From Fonticula alba ATCC 38817 (lineage: Eukaryota; Protista; Nucleariida), in NCBI GenBank assembly GCA_000388065.2, contig KB932201.1: a stretch of DNA of 47,432 bases; one strand, given 5' to 3'. Below are positions 35,792-47,432 of this stretch, piece by piece. Every line of letters starts with the position of its first letter. Position 1 is the stretch's first letter. Below the pieces are notes generated by a model. The model worked only from the letters and a program-made list of their open reading frames with translations, had not been told where the DNA came from and did no database searches. Both the position numbers and the translations under genes were made by a program.

Positions 35792-38078
35792 ACTTCCAGC
35801 AGGGCAGGGGGAGGGGGGCGGAGATGAGGGGCGGATCCTGGCGGGGAGGGNNNNNNNNNNNNNNNNNNNNNNNNNNNNNNNNNNNGGGGGGGGGGGATGT
35901 GCGGACACCTGGCTCCGGGGCGCGTGTGTGGAAGAAAATAAAGCGCGCGCCCGCGCGATCGGGTGGGGCGCCGATCTCGAGAGTGGCGCCCTTTGGGGAC
36001 GGCCGTGCCGCCGTGTGGGGAGATTCAAAAAACAGTTTCATCCAGACGTCCTCGTGACTTGTCCGTGATCAGACACGAGGGCCCTAGGGCTCGTCATCCA
36101 TGGCCTCGTCTGCGGGAGAGGGGGCGCGTCTGGCACGGCCGAGGCGCGGGCCTGCGCGCGTGTGTCTGCGGGGCGGCCTCCTCCGTGTGGGACTTCATCC
36201 CCGCCCTGGTGGTGGTGGTGGTGGTGGTGGTGGGAGACTTTCGCTTGGCCATGCACCTCTGGAGGGCGGGGCTGGTTGCGCGTTGGGCGCCAAAAAGCCG
36301 GCTTTAATATTGGTCCGGGTGTTGTTGGTGCGTGCGTCCCATCAGACACGGGGGGTTCCGGTCGGGAGGCCAATACGGAGCCATCTGCGCCCCGGGCCAG
36401 AGTGCCCTATGAACCGACGCCCGGAACCTCTCACAACACCGCTCAGCAATAATAGAGTAAGGGCGGCGCCCGAGAGACAGCGCCCAGGAACAGGGGTGCG
36501 AGGGCTGAGCGGAAGGGGGGGAGGGGCTCCCCCAGAGTGCGGGGCACCTTGGCTCGCCAGCCCCCCCCCCCCCCCCCGCAGCCGCGGTCGCAGCTGGAGC
36601 TGCTCTGCGCAGCATCGGAGGGCGAGGTGGTGGAACACAGCCGAGGCTCCTTTTTCAGCTTGGCCCTGGTCTCTCGGGTTCTCCTCAGCCCGGCCCCGAG
36701 AGGCCCGCAGGCCGGGGCTCGCGCGTATGCGCGCCGCGGCGCGGGGGCAGCGGGGGGCGGGGGCGACCCATTTGTTGCCCCTCCACCGGAAAGCGGAGCA
36801 AGTGTGACCGTAACCGGGACAAGACCGATGACCGCCTCGGTACCGAAAAATAAATAGCCCCCCCCCCCCCCTCCCCCCAGGTGTTGGGCGTCCCTATCCG
36901 CTTGCCCTGCGTTTGTCTCCGGCTCTCCCTCTCTCCCGGCAGGGGGAGCGGGGCCATGCGCAAAATGCGCGCCCGCACGGCCGGGGCCGGGGCACCCTGG
37001 GCCTTGTCTCGGCCTGGCCCCCCCCCCCCCTCCGCCCCAAGATGCAGACTGGGGACCTACATTCGGGCAGAGGGCAGATGCTGGCCCTATCACCCTTTGT
37101 TGTTGTTGCCCCCCTCCCCCCCCCGCTGGCCCTTCTGGTCCACGGGACGCGTCCCGCCCACTGACCCAACGAGGATAGCGCCAAGTCAAGGGCGGGGGCC
37201 TGACCGAGGACCCCCGAATTCGGCGCCGTGGCTGTGTGCCGAGCGCCGGGCCAATAAGAGCCCGCGCAGGTTCCGATCCACTCCGCCGCCAGGCGGGTCG
37301 CACAACCACCCCGCCTCCAGGACAGTCTTCCCCACCAGACTTCCCGCCCCCTCCCCTCCCCCTCCGATCCCTCTGCTCTCCGCCGCACACATGTACCTCC
37401 CCCTAGCCCTCCTCTCTCTCTCTCTCCCTCGCCCTTCCCCCCTTCTCTTCCTCTCTCGCCTCCCGGCCCCTCCCGCTTTCCTATGCTCCCCCCTCCCCGT
37501 CGCCTCTCCCCCCGCTGCCGATGTGGCAGCATCACCCCTCTCATGGTCATGCGCGCTTGGGGACTCTTCCGTGTTGCCTGGACCCATAGCCTGTTGGATG
37601 TTTCACATGCTGTCTACTCCTGCCCCAGTTTTCAGGCGGGGCGGCGCTCGTCCTTGAAAGACGTGGCGCACACCGCCGGGACACCACCGCATGACTTCAC
37701 GGGTGGCTACTGCGCACCAGCCACGGAAGTGCTCCTTCTTCCAAGGTGGCATAGCCACCTCGCGCACACTGTGCTTGTTGTTGCCACCTCGCCCTCGAGG
37801 ATGCAGCACCCGCACCGGCGTGTCGCCATCACCCAGTGACGATGCCATGTGGCTGCCCTTTGCTTGCTGGCTTAGTGGGCGGCCTCGTCCTTGATCGCCC
37901 CTTGGGCACCCTCCTCACCCATCTTCCCCCCCTCCCCCCCCCCACACACACGCACCCAATCCCACGTATTCAAGAGGCTTTTCCCGATACTAATCTCCGC
38001 CTCTGCTCCCTCTTCTCTCTCCCTGCATCCCCCCTCCTCCCGCTAGTTGTGCAGCCTCTACCACCCTCCCCGAGCAGC

Positions 38079-38939
38079 ATGTCTTTCTCTGAGGTTGTCT
38101 GCCCCGCCTACGCTCCCTTCTTCGGCATGGCTGGCGGCACCCTTTCCATGGTTTTCAGCGGTACGCGGCTGCCTCCTACGCCTTGTGCCCCCTCCTGCAT
38201 GGCTGCCCGACTAATCCCTCTCTTCTTGTCCTCCCCCTCCCCACTTCGCATGCAGCCATCGGTGCCGCTTACGGTACTGCCAAGGCCGGGACCGGTATCG
38301 TCGGTATCTCTACCTTCAAGCCGGAGGCTGTCATGAAGTCTCTCATTCCTGTCGTCATGGCTGGTATCGTGGCCATTTATGGCCTGGTCGTTGCCGTGCT
38401 CATCTCCTCCGGTATTGGTACCCCGGGTGGTGCTTACTCCCTGGCCAGGTGCGTCGCCAGTTGCCATGTCCATGTGTCCCCCCCCCCCCCCTCCCCCCCT
38501 TCCCTACTCCGATTCCTGGTGGCCGGCCTGCCCTAACATCATCCTTTCTGCTTGCCTTCCCCTTCTCCCCGGTTTCTCTGCGATGTAGTGGTCTTGTCCA
38601 TCTTGGCGCCGGTTTGAGCACTGGTCTGGCCGGTATGGCGGCTGGCATTGCTGTCGGCTTCATTGGTGACGCCGCCGTTCGCGGCTACCTCCACCAGCCC
38701 AAGGTATGTTTCCCATCCGATGCCCATCTCTTCCGCGAGAGGATGTGCGCAGTATTGCCCCGGGCATGCGGCTTTCCCTTCTAACCTCCCTCCTGTCACC
38801 TCCTCCCTTCCCCCGTGTGTAGCTCTTCGTCGGCATGGTGCTCATGCTCATTTTCGCCGAGGTCATCGGTCTCTACGGCCTGATTGTTGGCCTGATCCTG
38901 CAGACCCGTGCTGACAACAGCATCTGCTTCCAGAACTAA
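38079..38939 (+). CDS. VMA11: V-type H+-ATPase 16-kDa proteolipid, c'/Vma11-like; 4 exons, 168 aa
   Basis: Exons 38079-38160, 38256-38448, 38589-38703 and 38823-38939 (507 nt). YAPFFG...[10 protein letters not shown]...[18 protein letters not shown]...[13 protein letters not shown]|[19 protein letters not shown], with the proton-binding Glu in TM4. Family assignment is near certain; the subtype is less so. Confidence 0.9.
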
Positions 38940-40183
38940 AGTGTGTCACCGCATGCTGTACATCCCCCCCCCCCCCATGGCGGGTGGAGGGCTGCCGTAG
39001 GGCATCATCCTGCCCTCCCCCTCTCCCTCCCACCATGTTTCCTTGTCACTCCCGCACCTTCAAATCCCTCCCTCCTCAGTCCTCCCCCCCCCCTCTCCTC
39101 CCTTCGCATCTGGAGTGGGATGTGGCCGAGGCTAGGCGTGTAGCACCATGCCCGTCCTCCCATGTCCCTCTCCCAGCAGCATGCTCTCCCTTTCAATATA
39201 AACGATAAATATGTACACACGCACACGCGGGCCACGGACTCTCTCCGTCCAGCGCGGCGCGCCAGGGGGAGATCCCAGCCGCAGAGTGATGGCAGCCGAG
39301 CAGGCGCCGAGGGGCCAGGAGTGCGGGGCTTGGTCTCACACCGAGGGCGGCCGCGGGGGCCGAGCCGTGGAGCATGGAAATGGTGGCAAGGCGCGAGCTT
39401 CCAAAAGGGTGTCGACGCACTTGGCAGCTGGATGCTCATCCGAAGGCCAAGGCCGGGGAGCCACCCAATCGCCAGTCACGTGCCAGGCATGACAGATTGA
39501 CGGGGACCGCACGCCCACTGAGTCGGGCTCGTCGCGGGCCGGGGGGGGGGGGGGGGATGCGTGGCCAGCCGTGAAAGAGAGGACACCCCGGGGTCACACG
39601 GAAAGCCAGAGCAACAAAAACACGGGAAGGGGATTGAGCAGGCATCAGCCCAACGGAGAGGGCAAACGTGAAAGCTGGGGCTGTGCGCCAGTTTGGACAT
39701 TGGTCCGTGAACGCGCACAACACGCCCACAGTCTCACTTGCTGCCTGGGCCGCCCGCGCAGCCGAGCGCTTCTCGATGGATGCCACATTCTGGAGGCCTT
39801 GAGACAGAGGCACCTGACCTGCGCAGCCGCATTGGAGGGGACCAGGCGCTCTTGAGCGGCCCCGATCTAGGGGCCCGCGGGTGGAGCCTTCTTGAGGCTC
39901 GATCGAACTGGGCCTCCTCTATTTCCCGGACCCACACCTCTCCCTCCCCCGATCCGAGGCGGCCTCCCTNNNNNNNNNNNNNNNNNNNNNNNNNNNNNNN
40001 NNNNNNNNNNNNNNNNNNNNNNNNNNNNNNNNNNNNNNNNNNNNNNNNNNNNNNNNNNNNNNNNNNNNNNNNNNNNNNNNNNNNNNNNNNNNNNNNNNNN
40101 NNNNNNNNNNNNNNNNNNNNNNNNNNNNNNNNNNNNNNNNNCCCCCCCCGCTCCCGACCCAGCCACCTCTCGATTGACTTGCC

Positions 40184-42338
40184 ATGATTCTGATCAGCAT
40201 CGCCATCGGGACCATCGCCATCCTGTCGGCCCTCTCACTGACGGCGGCCGTGCTCTTCTTTGTGCTGGTCCCAGCATGTGTGATCACTAGTTTGCGGTAT
40301 CTCCTGCGGCTGATTGGCAAGACCGGCCGCCGGCACCGGATCGGCCGACCGAATGACCCGGTGATCGGCTTCTTCCACCCTTCCAGGAGCCTCGAATCCC
40401 GACCACATGTCCATGCGCTGCCCCTGCCGCCGTTCCTACTCACCCTCCTATCCCGTGGGCGTCACTCCCCAGCCATGGTGGCGGTGGTGGCGAGCGCGTC
40501 CTCTGGTCCGCAGTGGCGGCCATCCAGCGGGCATACCCAACGGCCGCGGTGTGTGTGTACACCGGTGATGTGACGGCCGCCGAGGCTGACGCGGCCGGGC
40601 GCCATGCTCCCGAGCACGCCCTGGATCGCTTCAACATCGATCTCCCGCGGCCAGTGCATTTGGTTCCCCTGGTGGCTCGGCCTCTGCTGAGTCCTCACCT
40701 GTGGCCCGTGGCCACGCTGGTGTTCCAAAGCCTGGCCGGTGCCTTTGTCGGCCTGGAGGCCATTTGGCGTCTGCAGCCGGACGTGATGATCGGTGCGTTG
40801 CCCATTCCACTTGCCGAGCATCCTCGCTTTTCTTCTGCCCCGGCGGCTGACAGCATTGCGGCACCCTCTGGCTTCTCTCACCCGGCGGGCAGACACCAGC
40901 GGCCACGCTTTTGCCTATCCAATCTGGAGCTGGGCCAGTGGCGGGGCCACTTGGGTTGCCTCCTACACCCACTACCCGGTGGTGTCTAGTGATATGCTCG
41001 AGGCACAGCGCGCCCAGAAGACCCTCAAGTCTCGGCTGAAGATCCCGTTCGTGCCTTCCCTCGCACCGTGCCTTTACCTGCGGCTACCCTTTCTCCCTCC
41101 CTCCCTGCCTCCCTCACACGCACACACAAACAACCACACCCGCGCGGCCACACATGCACACGCCTGGACAGGTATTATCGTCTGTTTTCCCAGCTCTATC
41201 GCCTGGCCGGGTCGTATTCCGGCTTCTCAATGGTTCGTGGATGGTGATCTGGCGCGTCCCACTGTCGATGGGGAGGGACGTCCCTCTAACTTTCACTCTC
41301 GTCTCCCTCCACGCTCTCCCCTCTGGCCAGGTCAATTCCACCTGGACATCCAATCATATGGCCGCCATCTGGCGCCAAAAGCCCACCATCGTTTTCCCCC
41401 CCTGTGACACGAAAACCCTGTCGGCACTGCCCTTGGAGGGGGACCCGGGCGCTGGGCGCCAGCCGAACATCGTGTATCTGGCGCAGTTCCGCCCGGAGAA
41501 GGATCATGGCCTGGTCTTGCGGGCTTTTGCCAAGTACCTTCAAGCATGGCTCGGAGCCGAGCAGAAGGAGGCCAATCCGGAGCTTGTGGACTACGAGGCA
41601 CATACGGGACGTATGTCGGCCGCCTCTCGGACCGTTCGGCAGCGGGCCGCCCAGGCTGCTGGACTGGTGTTTATTGGCAGCATTCGTGCGGCGCCCCTAC
41701 AGCGTCAGCAGGACATTGTCCTGCTGCGTGACCTCATTTCCCAAGCCCAGAACCTCCTTGGGCATTTCCCCCCGCGGGTGGGCGTGGCGTCCAGTCCTGA
41801 GGACACCAAGGCGGCCCTCTCGGCTCCGGTGGCTGGTCCTATGGTGGACACGCTGGATGCCTTGCTCCAGCGCCAGGGCTATTGGGATCACCTGCTGGCC
41901 AATGGCCGGGTGCGCTTTTTGGTGAATGCCCCCTTCGACTTGGTGGCCCGGTATCTGGGCCAGTCCCAGGTCGGCGTGCATGCCATGCGACAGGAGCACT
42001 TTGGCATCGGCGTTGTGGAGACCATGGCCGCTGGGTGCGTGATGGTGGCCCACGACAGCGGTGGTCCACAGGCGGACATTGTGGTCCCCGATGCCGGAGG
42101 GAACATCACCGGCTTCCTCGCCCGCACGCATCGGGACTATGCCCGGGCCTTTTCCCATGTGCTTGGCACCCTGGACGGGGCTACTCGGCGTCGGATTGCT
42201 GGCCATGCCCGGGCCCATGTCGGAGCAGCCTTCAGTCAGCAGCGCTTCGACCGGGCCTTCGTCCAGGCCGTGGCTCCAGCTGTGGATATCACCCTGGCCC
42301 GGATGGGCCAGGCGAGTTTGGCCCAGGCGAAGATCTAA
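40184..42338 (+). CDS. ALG11: GDP-Man:Man3GlcNAc2-PP-Dol alpha-1,2-mannosyltransferase
   Basis: N-terminal TM; IGFFHP..GGGGERVLW; DTSGHAFAYP; YTHYPVVSSDML; KIPYYRLF; MVNSTWT; YLAQFRPEKDH; HAMRQEHFGIGVVETMAAG; AHDSGGPQADIV. Intron 1 lacks a GT donor (see findings). Confidence 0.93.
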
Positions 42339-42670
42339 CGTGCGGGCAGGCCCTTACATGTATGGACAGCTGCTGCCTCTACACGAAAAAAAGTAATGAC
42401 ACTCGATCACCCACTTCTTGCTGCCTCCCTTGATATTGTGCATCACGGGCACAGGCGCGAAGCAGTCAAGGGACAAAGGGGAGCAGGGGGGGTGGGGGTG
42501 NNNNNNNNNNNNNNNNNNNNGGGGGGGGGGGGGGGCAATAGAATGCAAGTGTTGTTTTTTTTTTATTCCGTCAGGGGCCACATACGCCCTGAAAAGTTCG
42601 ACGGACAAGGATGGCCACACGTGCAACAGGAGGGAAAGGCAGTCGGGCGGGGGGCGGAGACATGTCCAGC

Positions 42671-44562
42671 TTAGTTGCGGTTCTTGGCATAGAACTTGTT
42701 GAACTCACGGCCGATGAGCATGCGGCGGATCTCCGAAGTGCCGGCGCCAATCTCATAGAGCTTGGCATCGCGCATGATCCGGCCAGCCGGGTAGTCGTTG
42801 ATGTAGCCGTTGCCGCCTGCACATTTTCGATAGGTTGGGGGAGCATGTAGAGAGAGAGGGAGAGAGGGGGGGGGGGAGGGGTATCAGACAGCCTGTTGCA
42901 TGCTATAGCCTCCTGCAGGACGGCGAAATAAAGTGTCTGCACGTACCCAGGCACTGGATGGCATCGAGAGCCACCTCGGTGGCGCGCTCGGCACAGTAGA
43001 GGATGACACCGGCACAATCCTTGTTGGACACCTGGCCACGATCACAAGCACGAGCCACGGCGTACAGGTACGAGCGAGAGGCCATGGTCTTGGTGTACAT
43101 GTCGGCCAGCTTGCCCTGCATGAGCTGGAACTCACCAATCGGCTGACCGAACTGCTTACGGTCATGGACGTAGGGGACCGTGATATCGAGGGCGGCCTGC
43201 ATGAGGCTGTGCATGGCGAGGGTGGTGGTCGTGAGAGAACATCGGGGGGGGGGGGGGGGGGGGGGGAGAGGCAATTGTTAGGACTGGCATATTGGGCGGG
43301 AGGGGGGGGGGGGGACTGCGAAAGTAGAGGTCGTCTCAGGAAAGGGGCGAGACGCACCCGACCGGACCGGCAGCCAGAACCAGACGCTCATAGTCGAGAC
43401 CGCTCATCAGGACGTAAACACCCTTGCCCTCCTCACCGAGGATATTCTCGGCCGGGACCTCGACATTGTCGAAGACCAGCTCACAGGTGTTGGAGCCACG
43501 CATGCCCAGCTTGTCCAGCTTGGGCGAGGTGGAGAAGCCGGGCATGCCCTTCTCAACCAGGAAGGCGGTGATGCCATGAGGCCCGGCCGAGGGGTCGGTC
43601 TTGGCGTAGACCACGAGCACATCGGCATCCGGGCCGTTGGTGATCCAGAACTTGGTGCCGTTGAGAATGTACTTATCGCCTTTGGGCCATGGGCCGGTCG
43701 GAAGCAACAAGGGAGAGAGGCCGAGGAGAAGGGAGGGAGAGAGACAGAGAAAGAGCAGCAGCAGCAGCAGCAGAGAGAGAGAGAGAGAGAGAGCAGCAGC
43801 AGCAGAGAGAGCAGCAAAAAGGTCAGGACCATGGGTCGGCATGGGTTGGCACAAGGCTCGAGTCACGAATACGCACCCTTCTTCACGGCCGACAGACGCA
43901 TGGAGACGACGTCACTGCCGGAGCCGGCCTCGGACATGGCCAGAGCACCGATGTACTCACCGGAAATGAGCTTCGGCAGGTACTTGGCGCGCTGGTCGGC
44001 ATTGCCGTTGCGCACGATCTGGTTGACGCACAGGTTCGAGTGGGCGCCATACGACAGGGCCACAGAGCCGGAGGCACGGGAGATCTCCTCCATCACCAGG
44101 CAGTGGGCGAAGTAGCCCATGTTGACACCGCCATACTCCTCCGGGGCGGTCATACCGAGAACACCAAGGTCACCCAGCTTGCGCCACATGTGCTGCGTAG
44201 CAATGCATCCCCGGTGTAGAGACCAGCAGGGCGTGAGTGGGCGAGACCGGGGCAGAAAGGCCATGGTTGTGGAGGAAAGCAGAACGCGGCACAGCTGGCC
44301 CGCAAAGGGGCGGCGAGCGCTTGACGGCACGCACCATGGGGAACTCGTTCTCCTTGTCCACCGACTGGGCAATGGGGGCCAGCTCGGCGGCGCAGAAGTC
44401 ACGCACGGTGTTGCGCAACATCTGCAGGTCCTCCGGCAGGTCAGACAGGGCGTCGGTGTTGAAGGGATCCATGGACATGGCACGGGTGACCAGGGCCGGG
44501 CCGGGCCGGACAACGGCCTGCTTCGCCGCGTGGCGGCTGGTAGCAGCAATGGCGGTGAACAT
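42671..44562 (-). CDS. IVD: Isovaleryl-CoA dehydrogenase, mitochondrial (multi-exon)
   Basis: Presequence [14 protein letters not shown]; [26 protein letters not shown]; [17 protein letters not shown]; [16 protein letters not shown]; [17 protein letters not shown]; [11 protein letters not shown]; [25 protein letters not shown]; [32 protein letters not shown]. Confidence 0.96.
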
Positions 44563-44678
44563 GGTGGAGGATGGGGAGAAGGGGGAGGGAGGGCAGAAAA
44601 GGGAAAGGCGGAGGAACAAGCGCGGCTTCACCGATCTTGGCTGGCGCGATGCTCCCGGCGCGGAGAAGGGTCGTGGAT

Positions 44679-44773
44679 GCGCCCGAAAAATTCCCCCATC
44701 AAAAGACGACTTAGCCCGGACCCAGGAGCCCGAAGACCAGAGGAAGGGACGGAGGTCGTATCTTCGGGGAAAA
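44679..44773 (+). repeat. 95-bp sequence duplicated at 46883-46977; both copies abut N gaps
   Basis: GCGCCCGAAAAATTCCCCCATC...TCTTCGGGGAAAA ends one contig at 44773 and begins another at 46883. Confidence 0.93.
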
Positions 44774-45406
44774 NNNNNNNNNNNNNNNNNNNNNNNNNNN
44801 NNNNNNNNNNNNNNNNNNNNNNNNNNNNNNNNNNNNNNNNNNNNNNNNNNNNNNNNNNNNNNNNNNNNNNNNNNNNNNNNNNNNNNNNNNNNNNNNNNNN
44901 NNNNNNNNNNNNNNNNNNNNNNNNNNNNNNNNNNNNNNNNNNNNNNNNNNNNNNNNNNNNNNNNNNNNNNNNNNNNNNNNNNNNNNNNNNNNNNNNNNNN
45001 NNNNNNNNNNNNNNNNNNNNNNNNNNNNNNNNNNNNNNNNNNNNNNNNNNNNNNNNNNNNCCCCCCCCCCCCCCGCAGCCCCACCCTGTTCCTGGCACCA
45101 CGTTCACATGCACAGCAGAGGGGCCGCCGATGCCTGTGCCATCCTTCCGAGGCCTATGTGCCCTTGCTTTTGGCCACACGGGAAGTGACTTGTTCTCCAC
45201 CACAAGTCAGGAACCTCTGGGATGCCGAATCTCCTGTCGGAGATCTGCAGCGCTATCGATACAGTTGCCAACGGATAGGGTCCATTTGTGAGAATGGTGT
45301 TCTCTCTCCTTTCATGAAGTAACATGATCTCTATTGTGTGATATGTGACAAGGACAGTGATTGTGGGTCTAGGGCGCTCCGAGAGGATAGAACGCAGGAG
45401 GGGGAG

Positions 45407-45445
<39 letters not shown>

Positions 45446-45561
45446 ACACATTTGGCCAGGAAGAGGGCAGGAAACTACAGATCATGATGGGGCGCGCGGA
45501 GAAGAAGGCGGCCTCGAAGAAGGGGGTCGACACAACGGGAAGGGCTCCCATTGGCAGGTCA

Positions 45562-46725
45562 CTAGGTGGAGATGGGGGCCATAATTGGATGACACCAAGC
45601 ATACGACAGGGGAATGCAAGTGAGGTGATGGCACCACAGACAGCCGGACCATTCCGTGCCATCCTGGAAGAAGAACCAAATGCTGACGGCCAGGAGGCCG
45701 GCCAAGACAATGCCAGCCACCCAGGCCATGGTGATTTTGATGATTTTGTCACGGCGGTTGAAGGTGATGCGTGGCGAAAGGACCAGCCCGGCCAGCGCTC
45801 CAGCCACAAACCCACCGATGTGGGAAATATTGTCAAAGTGCGGCACGAACATGCCCAGCAAGAAGGCCAGGGCCATGCAGAAAACCATCAGGAAGGCCGC
45901 GAACCACGGATACACCAGGAGGCGCCAGTTTTGGATCAAGTCCATCAGGACCACCGCCGACAGGCCATAGAGTGCGGCATTCGAGCCGGCCGTGATGCGG
46001 AAGGGGGACAGATTGGCGCTGACGGTGTTGCCAAAGATGCCCGATACAAAGTAGATGAGACCAACGCGTAGGGCTCCCATATCCTGCTCCAAGCGGTACC
46101 CCATGTACATGTGGATGGTGGACACCCCAACCAAGTGCACAATGCCAGAGTGGATGAAGATCGGTGTGATAAGACGCCACCATTGGTCCGGCACACCGCT
46201 CATGCTCGGGTGCGAATTTTGCGGCGTGGTGGCCGGTGCGTTGACAATCGCATTCCCGAGCAGCAGGCTGGCCGGCGCAGGGGGGAGAGCGCTTGTTCCG
46301 GCGGACTTCCAGCTGTCACTGGCGCTGTCCTGTGCGTCGAGCGTCTGCAGGCCGTTGGTACGCACCGGGCCGAGGCCTAGCACATTGAAACCGCCCATGC
46401 CGCAAGTGGAGGACATGGCATCGCCGTAAGTGCACAAGATGCCAGAACCATTGACCGTGCGCCCGTTGTACGTCGGGGGACAGGCAACCACAGTGTCCAA
46501 TGCCTCGAAGGGATCAGACCCGTCACCGAGAAGATCGTATGCCGCGCGCGCCTGTAGCGAGGGGCCGCGCATGCACGGCTCGAACTTGGCACCGAGACGA
46601 ATGAGCAATGTGTTCGAGGGCCCGACCATGTAGTTTTCCTGGAAGGGGGCAATGCCGCGCTGAAGGAAAATCGCCACAACCAGAACAATGGCGTAGGCAA
46701 TCGTAAGAAGGGGGATGAGCCATGG
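45562..46725 (-). CDS. Rhomboid-family intramembrane protein with altered catalytic motif (5'-incomplete)
   Basis: PWLIPLL, NYMVGPS...LGAKFEPCM, QWWRLITPIFIHSGIVHL, GYRLEQDMG..RVGLIYFVSGIFGN, TAGSNAALYGL, DNISHIGG and C-terminal CLWCHHLTCIP. An in-frame stop upstream of the acceptor aacag at ~46726 implies a missing 5' exon. Confidence 0.85.
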   Translation of the reverse strand, partial: PWLIPLLTIAYAIVLVVAIFLQRGIAPFQENYMVGPSNTLLIRLGAKFEPCMRGPSLQARAAYDLLGDGSDPFEALDTVVACPPTYNGRTVNGSGILCTYGDAMSSTCGMGGFNVLGLGPVRTNGLQTLDAQDSASDSWKSAGTSALPPAPASLLLGNAIVNAPATTPQNSHPSMSGVPDQWWRLITPIFIHSGIVHLVGVSTIHMYMGYRLEQDMGALRVGLIYFVSGIFGNTVSANLSPFRITAGSNAALYGLSAVVLMDLIQNWRLLVYPWFAAFLMVFCMALAFLLGMFVPHFDNISHIGGFVAGALAGLVLSPRITFNRRDKIIKITMAWVAGIVLAGLLAVSIWFFFQDGTEWSGCLWCHHLTCIPLSYAWCHPIMAPIST

Positions 46726-47432
46726 CTGTTGTTTGGATCATCCGAGAGGGGGAGGGGGGAGGGGGGGGGAGGGAGGGCGGCGCAGTATGGCGAACGAGAG
46801 AGGTGGGCAAGTTAGAGGGAGGCCGAGCCAGGGGGGGGGCGAGAACGGACCGGTGAACTCTTGCTGGTTACCNNNNNNNNNNGCGCCCGAAAAATTCCCC
46901 CATCAAAAGACGACTTAGCCCGGACCCAGGAGCCCGAAGACCAGAGGAAGGGACGGAGGTCGTATCTTCGGGGAAAAGCTGCCTCAAGGTTTGTATCGCT
47001 ATTCCCCCCCCCCCCCCCAGCAGCTACTACCTAAGGCCCGATCCAGGCTGTTGCACCAGGCCCAGACGAGGGCACAAGCCGAGACAGTCATCCATCACGT
47101 CGACCCAGGGGGTGCTGTGGCGGGGGAGCGGAAGAGAGGTGGGGAGGTGTGGGGCATCAAGATGGCACCTGGGTCTCGGAGCCGCCCCTCCTCCCGCCCG
47201 GAGGATATCAGGCTGCCCGCCAAGGGGGAGGGGGGGGGTGGGGGGGGGTCAAGGGTCTCCCCTGCTCGCGCTAGGGCCGGGTGGATAGTTGGACATGACC
47301 TGACCAGGGGTGCCCGAGGCTGGGATCCAAAACATCCGTCCTGCCGCCCGCCCTGCCCCGCCGCCGGCTCGCGCCATCACGCCATCGGAGTCGCGAGGTG
47401 ACTGGCCACGAAAGGCTGGCCATCAGTGCCTA

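Noticed and set aside
36000-38000. Multiple 60-315 aa ORFs between the FHA-macro gene and the V-ATPase gene
   Set aside because: Low-complexity GC-rich shadow ORFs with no motif or codon bias; a small gene or ncRNA cannot be fully excluded.

Overview
GC-rich, intron-containing eukaryotic nuclear DNA from a draft assembly with nine N-gaps, many microsatellites and poly-C/G tracts. Gene content and style suggest a protistan opisthokont such as a Fonticula-like holomycete; this is an impression and is not verified. I reconstructed 14 protein-coding genes by hand using GT-AG splicing: the 3' end of a PP1-regulator-like gene, a Sen15-like gene, an unknown Pro/Ser/Met-repeat coiled-coil protein, TCF25/RQC1, PGAP1/BST1, a bacterial-type release factor 2 with an SPF motif and probable mitochondrial presequence, INTS3, EEF1AKMT1/EFM5, CWC27, NDUFS8, an FHA + divergent macrodomain protein, a Vma11-like V-ATPase proteolipid, ALG11 and IVD. 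A 15th, a rhomboid-family gene with an altered catalytic motif, sits on a probably misplaced contig. The most notable items are the intron-bearing RF2, the FHA-macrodomain (APL/aprataxin-like) gene, the c'-type proteolipid, an N-terminal extension of about 130 aa on NDUFS8, the probable pseudoprotease rhomboid and an apparent non-GT intron donor in ALG11. Two assembly artefacts are clear: an Illumina adapter with a duplicated 176 bp inside CWC27, and a 95-bp contig overlap around the rhomboid contig. No rRNA, tRNA, CRISPR array or transposon was recognised.
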